A DNA stretch of 64,000 nucleotides from an uncultured bacterium (GTDB lineage Bacteria > Patescibacteriota > JABMPQ01 > CAVVCK01), in NCBI GenBank assembly GCA_963746775.1, contig CAVVCK010000002.1, forward strand, positions 367,592 through 431,591. Direction: 5' to 3'. The notes under the pieces are model-generated. The model was not told the origin of the DNA and ran no database searches. It worked only from the letters and a program-made list of their open reading frames with translations. Position 1 is the stretch's first letter; each line of letters opens with the position of its first letter. A program made the position numbers and the translations under genes. This document shows positions 38,528 through 48,887 of this stretch, piece by piece.

Positions 38528-39952
38528 TTATTTGGTTGTATCGACTAGAAATCTCTTCAAATCTCTCTTCCCAATAATTACTTTATACCGTAAAAGTTTC
38601 CTGTTAGTCACATTAGTTTTGGAAATAACTTTAATTCCTGATAATATAAAGGTTATTTTAATATAAGGACGTAAACTTAAACCATGTGATGACCTAATCC
38701 AAGCAACATCAACGATTTCACCATTTTCCTTTTGTAAAATATTTCTAACTTTTCTAGCTTCATTAGTAGCCTCTTTATCTGTCAACTCAGGACTTAATTC
38801 TTTTGTCTCTAATAAATTTAATATGTCTTGATAACCTAATTTACTAGCCAGTTCTCTATCTATTGAAGTCGAATCAGCTCCCGTATCTATTTTAGCCATA
38901 ACTTCAAAATTTTTATCGCCTTCTTTACTAAACAATTTCACTTTTTCAATACTTCCAATCACTTCTCTATTAGACACTTCTTCTACTCTTCTCTCAACAT
39001 CCCCTCCAAATAAATCTTTAGCAATCCTAATGCCATGCGCCACTGATTTTACTTTTAAACCTTTAACTCTCTTCAATCTTCCAGCCAAGCCTTCTAAATT
39101 GGCTACTTGAATATCAAGCCCTGGCCTGGCATTTAGTTCTAAAATTTCCGGACCGTATTTTTTATCAATAGCTATATCTACCCCTAAATATCCTAAATTA
39201 GTAGCAACTTGCGCTTCTACGCTCATTTCTAGTATTTTATCCCACTCTGGTATTTGAAAATCTGATAACTTTTGATTAGTGTCAGGGTGGCTATCAATTA
39301 TTTTTCTAGATGGTAATTTAGTCATGGCAGTCGTAGTCATCCCCGAACCAATATCAATTCCAACTGCTACTGCTCCTTGGGCAATATTAGCTCTTCCTTG
39401 AGATCTTTCGGTGGGAAGACGCATCATGGACATTACCGGCACTTTATTAAACACAATTATTCTGATATCCGGAATTCCCCGGCGAGTATAGTTTTTAAAA
39501 ATTGGATGAGTAGTTAATTTTCTTTCAATAAAAGCTGTATCTGGTAAACCTTGCAGGGAAAAACTACCATCTAAAATATCTAATACATGTGATTTTAATT
39601 TTTCAAAATCCCAAAGATTACCGGAACTTGTATACCATTCTCTTCTACGTAATGGCAATTTTAAAAATGCTTCTTTTTTCTTACTACGACGTAATAAGAC
39701 TATCCCCTCTCCACCAAAACCTCTATTAGGTTTTATAACAAAATTCGCCGGTAATTTTTTCCAATCAAAACTTTCAAAATCTTTTATAGTTCTGATAACA
39801 CCATATAATCTAGGCGTAGATATGCCAGTTTTTATTAATATTTCTTTCGAATCCAATTTACTGTCAGCCAATCTGACTGCCTTTTTTTTATTGTAGGGAC
39901 GAATAAAATTTAGGTTTCTTTCATTCATTCCTAAAATTTCATTTTGAGCCAT
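38528..39952 (-). CDS. Alpha-L-glutamate-ligase-like ATP-grasp enzyme fused to a C-terminal retropepsin-like (DTGA) aspartyl protease domain
   Basis: 474 aa; N-terminal ILGMNERNLNFIRPYN...IKPNRGFGGEGIVLL...ELNARPGL (ATP-grasp); C-terminal VMAKIDTGADSTSID (retropepsin / RimK-associated Zn_protease-family motif). Confidence 0.6.
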   Translation of the reverse strand: MAQNEILGMNERNLNFIRPYNKKKAVRLADSKLDSKEILIKTGISTPRLYGVIRTIKDFESFDWKKLPANFVIKPNRGFGGEGIVLLRRSKKKEAFLKLPLRRREWYTSSGNLWDFEKLKSHVLDILDGSFSLQGLPDTAFIERKLTTHPIFKNYTRRGIPDIRIIVFNKVPVMSMMRLPTERSQGRANIAQGAVAVGIDIGSGMTTTAMTKLPSRKIIDSHPDTNQKLSDFQIPEWDKILEMSVEAQVATNLGYLGVDIAIDKKYGPEILELNARPGLDIQVANLEGLAGRLKRVKGLKVKSVAHGIRIAKDLFGGDVERRVEEVSNREVIGSIEKVKLFSKEGDKNFEVMAKIDTGADSTSIDRELASKLGYQDILNLLETKELSPELTDKEATNEARKVRNILQKENGEIVDVAWIRSSHGLSLRPYIKITFILSGIKVISKTNVTNRKLLRYKVIIGKRDLKRFLVDTTK

Positions 39953-41527
39953 TTATTTCTTATTATCTTGGCGAGTAAATCTTTTTATTTCTCTAAATCG
40001 GATATATTCAGAAATACGAAGTCCTACCCATTTGGCCATTAAAATATTTATAACAAAAGTGAGTAATAAGCTTTCTGGATAAGCAAGTATAAAAGTCGTT
40101 AAAACATCCCAGCTAGCTACATAATAACATGCTACAGAAACTAAAATCGTTTCCAGAGATAGCATAATAGCTGTACGTGGCCCTTTTTCCATTTGAATAG
40201 CAATAAATTTTTCTACCATGATAATTAATACCAGTATAGGCAAGATCGAAATACCAATGATACCAGTTCTATTTGTAGCTGCTCCAACTACAAACATAGC
40301 CAAAATAGTAAAAGCAACGATAGATAGTACTATCGCCATTCTAGGTAAATACAAAAATCTGAATTTTCTCAATAATAATCTAACCAAGGTTGCTGCTACT
40401 AATATAACTATAAATATGGTTAATCCGTATTTTAAACCAGTAGCTAAAAATGAAAGTGTAATAATTGATGGTGTATAAATACCAAATGTTTTAATTCCTA
40501 AAAATTGACGAAAAAAGGCAATAATAGTAGCAATAATCGGCAACATAAGCATTAAAATAATATTATCTGTCGATACTCCTTTATTGATTAAATAATTAAT
40601 TGTATAGCTCATAAAATTCGTTATGCCTAAATCTTTTATTCCGCGCTCGCTATAGAAAGTAATTAAATTATGACTAATTCCCGCCTCTCTAATTGACTCT
40701 AATATCTCATCTGCTTTTTTGGCTTCAATTACATAATCAAGAGCAGATTTTTTAGTTAAAAGTATGTATTTTGGATTTAAAACATCAAAAGTGGATTGAG
40801 CATAACGAGCAATAGAAGTGAATCCACCTTCCGTAATATTAATAACAGCTTTATTATTAACATTTAAACTTTCTAAATCTTCACTCTTTTGAGCAAATTT
40901 TGATAAGACATTTAAACCCAAATTCCCCGATGTCCAAACTATAATAGCTGATGAATTCTTTACAACTTCGCTATTTTCTAAAAGCGAATCAGCCAATGTC
41001 CCCTCTACAATATAGTCAGGATCAGCTTTATCATTTCTGATATCAAATAAATATACCCTTTCTCTCGAAGCTGTTTTCCTTATAGGCTGTAAATCTTCTT
41101 CCAGAATAGATTTATCCGTTATTAAAATTATAGAATCTTCATATATTTTTACTATTAATTCATCAGTATCTTCTCCTGCCTCATTTTTGCTTTTTAAAAT
41201 TACACTGTAGTCTCCTGAGTTATTATATAAATGTTCTATTTTCGAACCTGCTCCTGATTCACCATCTCCAAAATCCCATTCATATTGGGTATTGCTATTA
41301 TCATCCTCTTCATTCGTAATTGCCTTAAAAACTACTTTATAACCTAATAATTGTTCTGAATCTGGCCCAGCATTAGCTTTGGGAATTTTTATTTCTGGCT
41401 TATTTTCTTCAATATTTTCTTGATTTACATTATTATCTCCTGTCTTATTTTCGTCTTGAGCAAAAGCATAAGAAAAACCAAAAATAATCAAGCTTATTGT
41501 TAAAAATAATGTTATAAATTTTTTCAT
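39953..41527 (-). CDS. Secreted PKD-domain protein with a C-terminal 7TM domain (7TM receptor-like partner of ATP-grasp/retropepsin systems)
   Basis: 524 aa; signal peptide; PKD-like YEWDFGDGESGAGSKIEHLYNNSGDYSV; ~200-aa extracytoplasmic domain; seven predicted TM helices at the C-terminus. Confidence 0.5.
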   Translation of the reverse strand: MKKFITLFLTISLIIFGFSYAFAQDENKTGDNNVNQENIEENKPEIKIPKANAGPDSEQLLGYKVVFKAITNEEDDNSNTQYEWDFGDGESGAGSKIEHLYNNSGDYSVILKSKNEAGEDTDELIVKIYEDSIILITDKSILEEDLQPIRKTASRERVYLFDIRNDKADPDYIVEGTLADSLLENSEVVKNSSAIIVWTSGNLGLNVLSKFAQKSEDLESLNVNNKAVINITEGGFTSIARYAQSTFDVLNPKYILLTKKSALDYVIEAKKADEILESIREAGISHNLITFYSERGIKDLGITNFMSYTINYLINKGVSTDNIILMLMLPIIATIIAFFRQFLGIKTFGIYTPSIITLSFLATGLKYGLTIFIVILVAATLVRLLLRKFRFLYLPRMAIVLSIVAFTILAMFVVGAATNRTGIIGISILPILVLIIMVEKFIAIQMEKGPRTAIMLSLETILVSVACYYVASWDVLTTFILAYPESLLLTFVINILMAKWVGLRISEYIRFREIKRFTRQDNKK

Positions 41528-41584
41528 ACTATTAAAATAAATTATATAAGCACAATCTCCTAAGTGCTAATATATTTTAGCACC

Positions 41585-42067
41585 TTAATACTTTAACATT
41601 TTCTCTGAATTAGCATGGCAGATAGCTATTGCTAGGGCATCAGCCGCATCGTCTGGTTTAGGAATTACATCTAAATTAAGTAATATTTTCACCATTTTTT
41701 GCATTTGCATTTTTTCAGCCCGGCCATAACCCGTAAGTGCTTGCTTTACTTGAAGCGGCGTATATTCAAATACTAGTATTTTATTCCTACGTCCAGAAAC
41801 CATTAATACCCCCCTAGCTTGTGCCACTGTTATAACGGTTTTTACATTTTTAAAGAAAAAAAGCTCTTCACAAGCCATAACATCCGGTTTAAATTTTTTT
41901 ATAATTTTCTCAGTCTGTTTAAAAATTTCATTTAATCTATCAGGCATGGCTAGATTTGGTTTGGTTTCTATACAACCATAACTAATAGAATATAATTTGT
42001 TTCCTTCTTTTTTTATTAATCCAAAACCTGTCGTTGCTGTTCCTGGATCTATACCTAAAATTATCAT
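41585..42067 (-). CDS. ruvC: Holliday junction resolvase RuvC
   Basis: Likely start MIILGIDPGTATTGFG; RuvC catalytic D/E pattern. The track ORF extends 9 codons upstream to 42094. Confidence 0.85.
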   Translation of the reverse strand: MIILGIDPGTATTGFGLIKKEGNKLYSISYGCIETKPNLAMPDRLNEIFKQTEKIIKKFKPDVMACEELFFFKNVKTVITVAQARGVLMVSGRRNKILVFEYTPLQVKQALTGYGRAEKMQMQKMVKILLNLDVIPKPDDAADALAIAICHANSEKMLKY

Positions 42068-42144
42068 CATTAAAACATTAAAATATAAAAACATAGAAAC
42101 AAGAAATTAAAAATGTTTTTTTAATGTTCTCGTGTTCTAGCGTT

Positions 42145-42870
42145 TTAATTAATATTTGAATAAATCTCATTAACATCATCATGCTCTCCAAGTTCTTCCA
42201 TTAATTTCTCAACCTTTTCTAATATATTTTTATCATCAATTTTTACTGGATTTTTAGTAATTAATTCTACTTCTGAAGAATCAATCTTTATTCCTTCTTT
42301 TTCTAATATTTCTTTTAACTTTGATAATTTTTCAGGAACAATATAGATAACTATACTTGTATCTTCTTCTTTAATATCAGAAGCTTCATTATCAATAGCC
42401 AAAAGTTCAATTTCTTCTTTTTTATCATTAGAAACTTTGGAAATCCTAATAACTCCTTTTCGATCAAACATCCAGGAAACGCTTCCACTACCCCCTAATT
42501 TACCTTCATGATCAGATAAAATCTTTTTAATTTCTGATACTGTTCTATTCTTATTATCCGTAATAGCTTCAATAATCACTGCTATCCCGCCAGGACCATA
42601 AGCTTCGTAGACAACATCTTCTATTTGAGTACCACCATCGAGTTCACCTGTACCCTTCTTTATAGCTCTATCAATATTATCAATAGGCATATTAACTGCC
42701 CTAGCTTTATCAATAGCCAATCTCAACTTGTAATTAGCCTCAGGATCTCCTCCGCCATCTCGGGCGGCAATAGATACTATTTTAGATATTTTAGCAAAAA
42801 CATTGCTTTTTTTAGCATCAGCAATACCCTTTTTTCTTTTAATTGTAGACCATTTGGAATGACCTGACAT
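42145..42870 (-). CDS. yebC: YebC/PmpR family DNA-binding regulator
   Basis: 241 aa; MSGHSKWSTIKRKKG... is the canonical YebC N-terminus. Confidence 0.85.
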   Translation of the reverse strand: MSGHSKWSTIKRKKGIADAKKSNVFAKISKIVSIAARDGGGDPEANYKLRLAIDKARAVNMPIDNIDRAIKKGTGELDGGTQIEDVVYEAYGPGGIAVIIEAITDNKNRTVSEIKKILSDHEGKLGGSGSVSWMFDRKGVIRISKVSNDKKEEIELLAIDNEASDIKEEDTSIVIYIVPEKLSKLKEILEKEGIKIDSSEVELITKNPVKIDDKNILEKVEKLMEELGEHDDVNEIYSNIN

Positions 42871-42914
42871 AAGGATTAGATTAATAACATAAAAATTAAT
42901 ATACTTTTAAATAT

Positions 42915-43042
42915 TAATTCATCATTTCGTAATTCACCTAATAAAATTCTAAAATATTAAAATTAAAAAAATATTTTTTAAAATTTGATATTTAAGAATT
43001 TTATTAGGTGAATTAGATGAATTATAATTTAGGTGAATTTTA
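42915..43042. repeat. MITE-like palindromic intergenic element, family A, second copy
   Basis: taattcatcatttcgtaattcacctaataaaatt ... ttttattaggtgaattagatgaattataatttaggtgaatttt. Confidence 0.55.
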
Positions 43043-43061
43043 ATCAATAACTAATACCATT

Positions 43062-44261
43062 TTACTTAACAATTTTAATAAATTTCCTCTTCCCCACCTG
43101 TACCACCATCCCATCTTTTACTTCAACTTCACTATCCCACTTTTTTTCAACCTGTCCCTCGATTTTCACCGCTCCTTGCTCTACTAATCTTCTAGCTTCT
43201 CCTTTACTAGAACTCATACCTGATTCAAAAACTAAATCTATTAATTTTCTTTTTTTATCCGAAACTTTATATTCTTTTATATCTTCTGGATTTTCTTTTT
43301 TTTGAAATACATTTATAAAGTTTTCTTGAGCTTCCTCAGCTTCTTTCTCGGAATAGAATATTTTAATAATTTCTTTAGCTAAATCAATCTTTACATCACG
43401 CGGATTAACTTCGTTTAAACGTACTTTTTCTTTATTTTTAGATATTTCTTCTTCTGAAACATCAGTTAGCAATTTAAAATATTTCCAAAGTAGATTATCT
43501 GGTAAAGACATTGTTTTACCAAACATATCAGAAGCACTATCATTAAAAGAAATATAATTACCATAACTTTTACTCATCTTTTTAACACCATCTAATCCTT
43601 CTAATAATGGTACTGTCATAATATCTTGCTCTGGCTGATTATATCTTCTTTGAACTTTTCTTCCTGTTAAAAGATTAAATTTTTGATCTCTACCACCTAA
43701 TTCTACATCCGCCTTAAGCTCAACAGAATCATAACCCTGTAAAAGAGGATAAAGAAGTTCCACCATACTAACATCTATATCTTCCTTAATTCTTTTTTTA
43801 AAATCATCTCTTTCAATCATTCTCGCAAAAGTAAACTTTGAAGTTAATTCCATCATAAAAACTGGCCCCTTTTTGTCATACCATTCACTATTATATCTTA
43901 TCTCTACTTCATCCATTTTTAAGACTTTACTTGCCTGATCTATATAGTCTTTCATATTCTTTTTAATATCTTCATCTGTCAGCATTTTTCTTGTTTCTGA
44001 TCTGCCAGTAGGATCTCCGATTTTCGCCGTATAATTACCAATCAAAAAAATTACCTGATGTCCCAAATCTTGAAATTGTTTTAATTTTCGGAAAGGGACT
44101 AAATGACCCAAATGCAATTCTGAGCCAGTCGGATCAATACCAAATTTTACTCTTAATTTATCACCCCTAAGCAGTCGTTTTTCTAAATGTTCCTTTTCTA
44201 TAACCTCATCTACCCCTCTCTCTAATAATTCTTTAATTTTTTTTTCTTTTACATTAGCCAT
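43062..44261 (-). CDS. tyrS: Tyrosine--tRNA ligase
   Basis: 399 aa; HIGH-type (ELHLGHL) and KMSKS motifs; C-terminal S4 domain. Confidence 0.9.
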   Translation of the reverse strand: MANVKEKKIKELLERGVDEVIEKEHLEKRLLRGDKLRVKFGIDPTGSELHLGHLVPFRKLKQFQDLGHQVIFLIGNYTAKIGDPTGRSETRKMLTDEDIKKNMKDYIDQASKVLKMDEVEIRYNSEWYDKKGPVFMMELTSKFTFARMIERDDFKKRIKEDIDVSMVELLYPLLQGYDSVELKADVELGGRDQKFNLLTGRKVQRRYNQPEQDIMTVPLLEGLDGVKKMSKSYGNYISFNDSASDMFGKTMSLPDNLLWKYFKLLTDVSEEEISKNKEKVRLNEVNPRDVKIDLAKEIIKIFYSEKEAEEAQENFINVFQKKENPEDIKEYKVSDKKRKLIDLVFESGMSSSKGEARRLVEQGAVKIEGQVEKKWDSEVEVKDGMVVQVGKRKFIKIVK

Positions 44262-44270
44262 ATTTTAACT

Positions 44271-45161
44271 TTATTTAATCTCCCCAGCTATTAAACTTGC
44301 CACCGATAATACCTTAATCTTCCCAAAATTCTTCTCTTTTGGCAAGTAAATACTGTCAGTTATTATAATTTCATCTATTTTACTCTTTTGTAATTTCAAA
44401 GCAGCCTTCCCTGATAAAACTCCATGAGTACAAGCAAAAATAATGGATTTAGCTCCTTTTTGTTTCAGAATAGTTGCTGCTTTCATTAAAGTTCCACCTG
44501 TATTTATTTCGTCATCTAGAATTATTACATTTTTATCCTTAATTTCACCAGTTAATTCCATTTTAGCTACTCTATCATGTTTTCTCTCTCTTGATTTTTT
44601 TATATAGCAAGCATCAAAACCTAGTTTCTTAGCTAATTTATTATTTATTCCAAATGCACCCTCATCGGGAGCAACTACTATCGTATCTTTTAATTTTTTA
44701 TTTTTAAAATAATCCACAAACAAATCAAAAGCAGTTATATGTTTAAATGGTATTTTGAAAAATTTTTCAACTTTTTCAGTATGTAGATCTAATACTATTA
44801 ATTTATTAACTCCACTAGCTTTTAATAACTTGGCGCATAATTCAGAAGTAATTGCCTCTCCACTCTCAACTTTTCTTTCCTGCCTTCTATAAGGATAAAA
44901 AGGTAAAATAACTGTGATTTTCTTTGGTTTAAGTCTTTGTAGCGCATCTACAATTATTAAAAGTTCCATTAGATTCTCATTAGCAGAATTTGAGCCTGAT
45001 TGTAGGATATAGCAATCATCCCCTTTGACATTTTCCTTAACATTCACATAAGTCTCCCCGTCAGAAAACTTCTTAATATTAATTTTAGCTAGTTTAATTT
45101 TTAGTTCCCTAGCTATTTTTTGCGCTAAAGGTTTATTTGATGTTCCAGAAAATAACTTCAT
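44271..45161 (-). CDS. prs: Ribose-phosphate pyrophosphokinase
   Basis: 296 aa; PRPP synthetase pattern (MKLFSGTSNKPLAQKIA..., PRPP-binding loop DDEINTGGT). Confidence 0.85.
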   Translation of the reverse strand: MKLFSGTSNKPLAQKIARELKIKLAKINIKKFSDGETYVNVKENVKGDDCYILQSGSNSANENLMELLIIVDALQRLKPKKITVILPFYPYRRQERKVESGEAITSELCAKLLKASGVNKLIVLDLHTEKVEKFFKIPFKHITAFDLFVDYFKNKKLKDTIVVAPDEGAFGINNKLAKKLGFDACYIKKSRERKHDRVAKMELTGEIKDKNVIILDDEINTGGTLMKAATILKQKGAKSIIFACTHGVLSGKAALKLQKSKIDEIIITDSIYLPKEKNFGKIKVLSVASLIAGEIK

Positions 45162-45197
45162 TTTTATATTATAAATTATACATTATAAATTCTACAT

Positions 45198-46112
45198 TCA
45201 CTTTCCCAATTTATAAGTTTTATACGCCCAATCTATTAAACTTTTTGTTTCCTGAAATTGCTCTCCGTTTAAATCTTCCCCCAGAACAACTGTAATAATC
45301 TGATTACCTTGCCCATCATCTGATAATCCCAGAAAACAAAACCCAGCATTATCGGTAAAACCAGTTTTACCTGCCTTTATATGAGGATAATCAGCTAATA
45401 AAAGTTTATTTGTGCTTCTGATATGACGGCTAATTCCGTCTTCGGGTACAATATCATACTCTTTGGTAGTATCTGCTTCAATAAATTTATTATTATTAAA
45501 AGCATAATCCGCTAATTTAGCTAAATCTTCAGCTGTTGAATAATGTCCTTCGGCATCCAAGCCTGATGGATTAACAAAATGCGTATTTTTCATACCAAGT
45601 TCATCCGCTTTTTTGTTCATTCTAGAAATAAATACATTTAAATCACCTCCGGCGTATAAAGCTAAGGCTGAAGCGGCATCATTGCCAGAGGCAATTAAAG
45701 TCCCATAAAGGAGATCTCTCACTTTTAGTTTTTCCCCCTGTGCAAGATTAATATCTGCTCCTTCTAATTCAACAAAATCATTTGTAATAATTACCGAATC
45801 ATCTAAATTTATTTTATTATCTAGAGCTACAATAGATGTCATTATTTTAGTAATACTAGCCATTGCTAATTTTTGCCGAGCATTTTTTGCAAATAATATT
45901 TCGCCTGATTTTCTATCTAATACTATAGCTGATTTTGCTTCTAATTTTACTCCCAAACTATCGCTTATTTTTTGGGGTGCTTTAATATTTCTTGTTTCTG
46001 CATTTTCCGAAATATTACTATTATTGGCAACATATGATTCATTGCCAACACCACTATTAAAATTAAATATTTGTGAAGCACCTAATAAAATTGTAAATAA
46101 TATATTACTCAT
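45198..46112 (-). CDS. dacA: Serine-type D-Ala-D-Ala carboxypeptidase (PBP5/6-like, S11)
   Basis: 304 aa; SITK (SxxK), SGN, KTG motifs. Confidence 0.75.
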   Translation of the reverse strand: MSNILFTILLGASQIFNFNSGVGNESYVANNSNISENAETRNIKAPQKISDSLGVKLEAKSAIVLDRKSGEILFAKNARQKLAMASITKIMTSIVALDNKINLDDSVIITNDFVELEGADINLAQGEKLKVRDLLYGTLIASGNDAASALALYAGGDLNVFISRMNKKADELGMKNTHFVNPSGLDAEGHYSTAEDLAKLADYAFNNNKFIEADTTKEYDIVPEDGISRHIRSTNKLLLADYPHIKAGKTGFTDNAGFCFLGLSDDGQGNQIITVVLGEDLNGEQFQETKSLIDWAYKTYKLGK

Positions 46113-46128
46113 ATTTAAATGTTAGACA

Positions 46129-47721
46129 CTATTTAATACCTGATTTTAAATATTCAAATGCCATTTTGTCTGTTAAGTATTCTAGTGGAGCTCTATCGTC
46201 AGTTAAAATTAATTCATCCGGATCAAAAGATACTTTTTGCACAGAACTTTCCATAGATGATGACAAATTACGCAAATCATTATTGCCAATGCTGGGTGTA
46301 ATTTTCGAAAAATCAATACTATCAGAAGATGCCAAAACAAAATAGTTATAAGAATATTCTGAAGAAGCTACATAAACATTTTCAAATTCTGATGCCAGTG
46401 TATTAGTAATTGCTTTTAGTAGTTTAGAATCTGGAGAGAGGGCTACAATATTAATAGCTAAAACTCCTTTATTTGATAAATGCGAGGGTACTGTTTGAAA
46501 AAATTCACGAGTTACTAAATGAGCAGGAATATATAATTGCTTAGCAAAAGCATCAATTATAATTATATCATATTTTTTACTATTTTGGCGAAGAAAAATC
46601 CTGCCATCAGAATTATAAATATCTAAATTATCATATTTTAAATTAAATTTATCTTGGACAATATCAGTCAGTTTTTTATCTATTTCTACCCCATCTATTT
46701 TAAAATCAAAATCATTTTTTAACAAATTACTATACTGATGCACCATTGTTCCTCCAGCCAAGCCTAAAATTAAAATATCTTTCTGCTTGTCTTGATAATT
46801 GACATAAGGAGCAATGCTAAAATAATCATAATACCCCTCTGTTATACCTAGATTTTCTTTATACATAGAGCTATAGGCATTATCAGCCCCTAATTTTAAA
46901 TAATATATATCATCATTTTTTACAATATTTATATTTTGATAGATGGATTCATCTTTAAAAACAGTTTTTCCATATACTTTGTTTTTATCAAAGAATGACC
47001 AAACGAAAATTAATCCTATCAATAAAATAACAAGTATAATTGTCCATTTCTTTTTTAAAACTCTAGGTAATGTGAATATAATCAATATAGCCGCCGCAAT
47101 AAAAATAGTATTATTAGTTCCTAAGATTGGTATAAAAACCAAAGAAGGCAAAAAAGTGCCAAATATACTGCCAACTGTAGAATAAGCAAACACCAAACCA
47201 CTCTTTGTTCCTTCGTCTTTTTTTTCTCTATCTATTAATATTTTAATCATAAATGGACTCACAGCACCAAGAAGTGTTATTGGAACAATAAATAATAGTA
47301 GAGTAGTTATAAAAGAGCCTAATATAATAACTAGTGAAGCATAATTCTCTATTAAGAAATTTAGAGAAACAATTTTAGTAATAGGCTCGGTTAAAAATGG
47401 AATGATTAATATAAATAAAGAAGCTATAGAAATAATTTTCAAAATTAAATATTCATTTGGATTTTTATCAGCTAACTTGCCACCAAGATAATATCCTATA
47501 GATAAAAAAACCATAATTAAGCCAATAACATTTGTCCAAACAAATAATGAACTGCCAAAATATGGTGTTAACAACCTGGAAGCAGCAATCTCTATCGCCA
47601 TAATAGTAAAGCCAGACAAAAAAGCAACAAATAATAAATATTTGCTGCTAATTGTTATTTTGTCCGCCTCTGACGGCGAATCTGCCGATAGAGGCAGATT
47701 TTTTTGTTCTTGTGTTTTCAT
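46129..47721 (-). CDS. Fused polytopic membrane domain / spermidine-synthase-like aminopropyltransferase
   Basis: 530 aa; ~7 N-terminal TM helices; C-terminal ILILGLAGGTMV...GVEIDKKL...DIIIIDAF (class I SAM-MTase-like fold of the spermidine synthase family). Confidence 0.6.
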   Translation of the reverse strand: MKTQEQKNLPLSADSPSEADKITISSKYLLFVAFLSGFTIMAIEIAASRLLTPYFGSSLFVWTNVIGLIMVFLSIGYYLGGKLADKNPNEYLILKIISIASLFILIIPFLTEPITKIVSLNFLIENYASLVIILGSFITTLLLFIVPITLLGAVSPFMIKILIDREKKDEGTKSGLVFAYSTVGSIFGTFLPSLVFIPILGTNNTIFIAAAILIIFTLPRVLKKKWTIILVILLIGLIFVWSFFDKNKVYGKTVFKDESIYQNINIVKNDDIYYLKLGADNAYSSMYKENLGITEGYYDYFSIAPYVNYQDKQKDILILGLAGGTMVHQYSNLLKNDFDFKIDGVEIDKKLTDIVQDKFNLKYDNLDIYNSDGRIFLRQNSKKYDIIIIDAFAKQLYIPAHLVTREFFQTVPSHLSNKGVLAINIVALSPDSKLLKAITNTLASEFENVYVASSEYSYNYFVLASSDSIDFSKITPSIGNNDLRNLSSSMESSVQKVSFDPDELILTDDRAPLEYLTDKMAFEYLKSGIK

Positions 47722-47723
47722 GA

Positions 47724-48869
47724 TTACCCAATCATATCTTTAAAAATTTGTAAACTCTCTAAGTATCCATCATATAACCCATTTTTAGTTAAGCTAAATA
47801 ATCTAAATACTTTTTTATTAGTGTATTCATGTGTTATAGTTCCATATTCAAAAATAGATGATTTCTCTAATAGATATTTAATACTGTTTTCAAATCCTTT
47901 TCTATATTTCCCTTTAATAAAATCTAGAGACAAATGTTCATCATAAAAATATTTATTTTTTTCTTTTCTAATAAATTTTGATAAATTTGTCCAAAAAATC
48001 ATATACATTAAATATTTTTTAAATATTCCTTTTCTGAATTTTTTATATTGGGGAAAATGGCATCTATTATAATGTAAATGCATATGGGCTATTTCTTTTC
48101 CTAGAATATCTACAAATTCTTTTATGTGCTTAAAATCTAAACAATCCTCGCTTTCTTTATAATATTTATTTCTAAATTCTGGATTCATTAAATTACTATT
48201 CAAATGCCCCCAGTCAAAAGTTACTTTTAAATTAGGATGTTTTAATTGATCTATAATATATTTTAAATCTTCCGCATCATTGCAAAAGGGCATAATCCCT
48301 GAACCCCATCCCCAAGCCATATTTTCTATGCAAACCACCACATTTTTTTCTTTGGCGTAATTTAAATTTTCTTTTAAATTATTTATTACATTTTTAAAAG
48401 CTTTTTCTCTACTATTTCCTTTCGTAATAATTCCAGGATGAAAAACTAAGGTAGATTGTTCTTTTTGTAATAATGAAACCGCTTCTATGTGTGCATGAAC
48501 AGCTTTCTTTGTTTTAGCCGTCGATTCATCAGCTAAATTTAAATATATATTTTTATATCTCTTAGGAAAGTTTTCATAACAACCATGAAAACTGTAATAG
48601 GGTATCTCCGATTTTTCGTAACTTTTGATTTTATCATCTCTAATATCCCAATCATTATCAAAAATTCCTATCATCATAAATTCAGCTCCATCAAATTTAC
48701 CCCTGCCAAATAAACTTTTATTTAAATTTATAGTATTACCATTTCTTTCAACAAACTTTCTAATTTTTGGCCATTCTGAAAAAATCATTTCTGACACCAA
48801 AAAAAAGGGGTTGGATGTAGCTGCCAACCCGCACAATAAATGTTTAACTTTTCTATTATTTTGATTCAT
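47724..48869 (-). CDS. Sugar phosphate isomerase/epimerase (xylose-isomerase-like TIM barrel) family protein
   Basis: 381 aa; VFHPG, CIENM, DWGH metal-binding-like motifs. Confidence 0.5.
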   Translation of the reverse strand: MNQNNRKVKHLLCGLAATSNPFFLVSEMIFSEWPKIRKFVERNGNTINLNKSLFGRGKFDGAEFMMIGIFDNDWDIRDDKIKSYEKSEIPYYSFHGCYENFPKRYKNIYLNLADESTAKTKKAVHAHIEAVSLLQKEQSTLVFHPGIITKGNSREKAFKNVINNLKENLNYAKEKNVVVCIENMAWGWGSGIMPFCNDAEDLKYIIDQLKHPNLKVTFDWGHLNSNLMNPEFRNKYYKESEDCLDFKHIKEFVDILGKEIAHMHLHYNRCHFPQYKKFRKGIFKKYLMYMIFWTNLSKFIRKEKNKYFYDEHLSLDFIKGKYRKGFENSIKYLLEKSSIFEYGTITHEYTNKKVFRLFSLTKNGLYDGYLESLQIFKDMIG

Positions 48870-48887
48870 CTTTAAACAATATTCTCT

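Noticed and set aside
42111-42141. LexA (Cheo-box) site upstream of ruvC
   Set aside because: The sequence is GTTC-N4-GTTC as a direct repeat, not the palindromic GAAC-N4-GTTC; it is the same GTTM-N4 direct-repeat family seen elsewhere.
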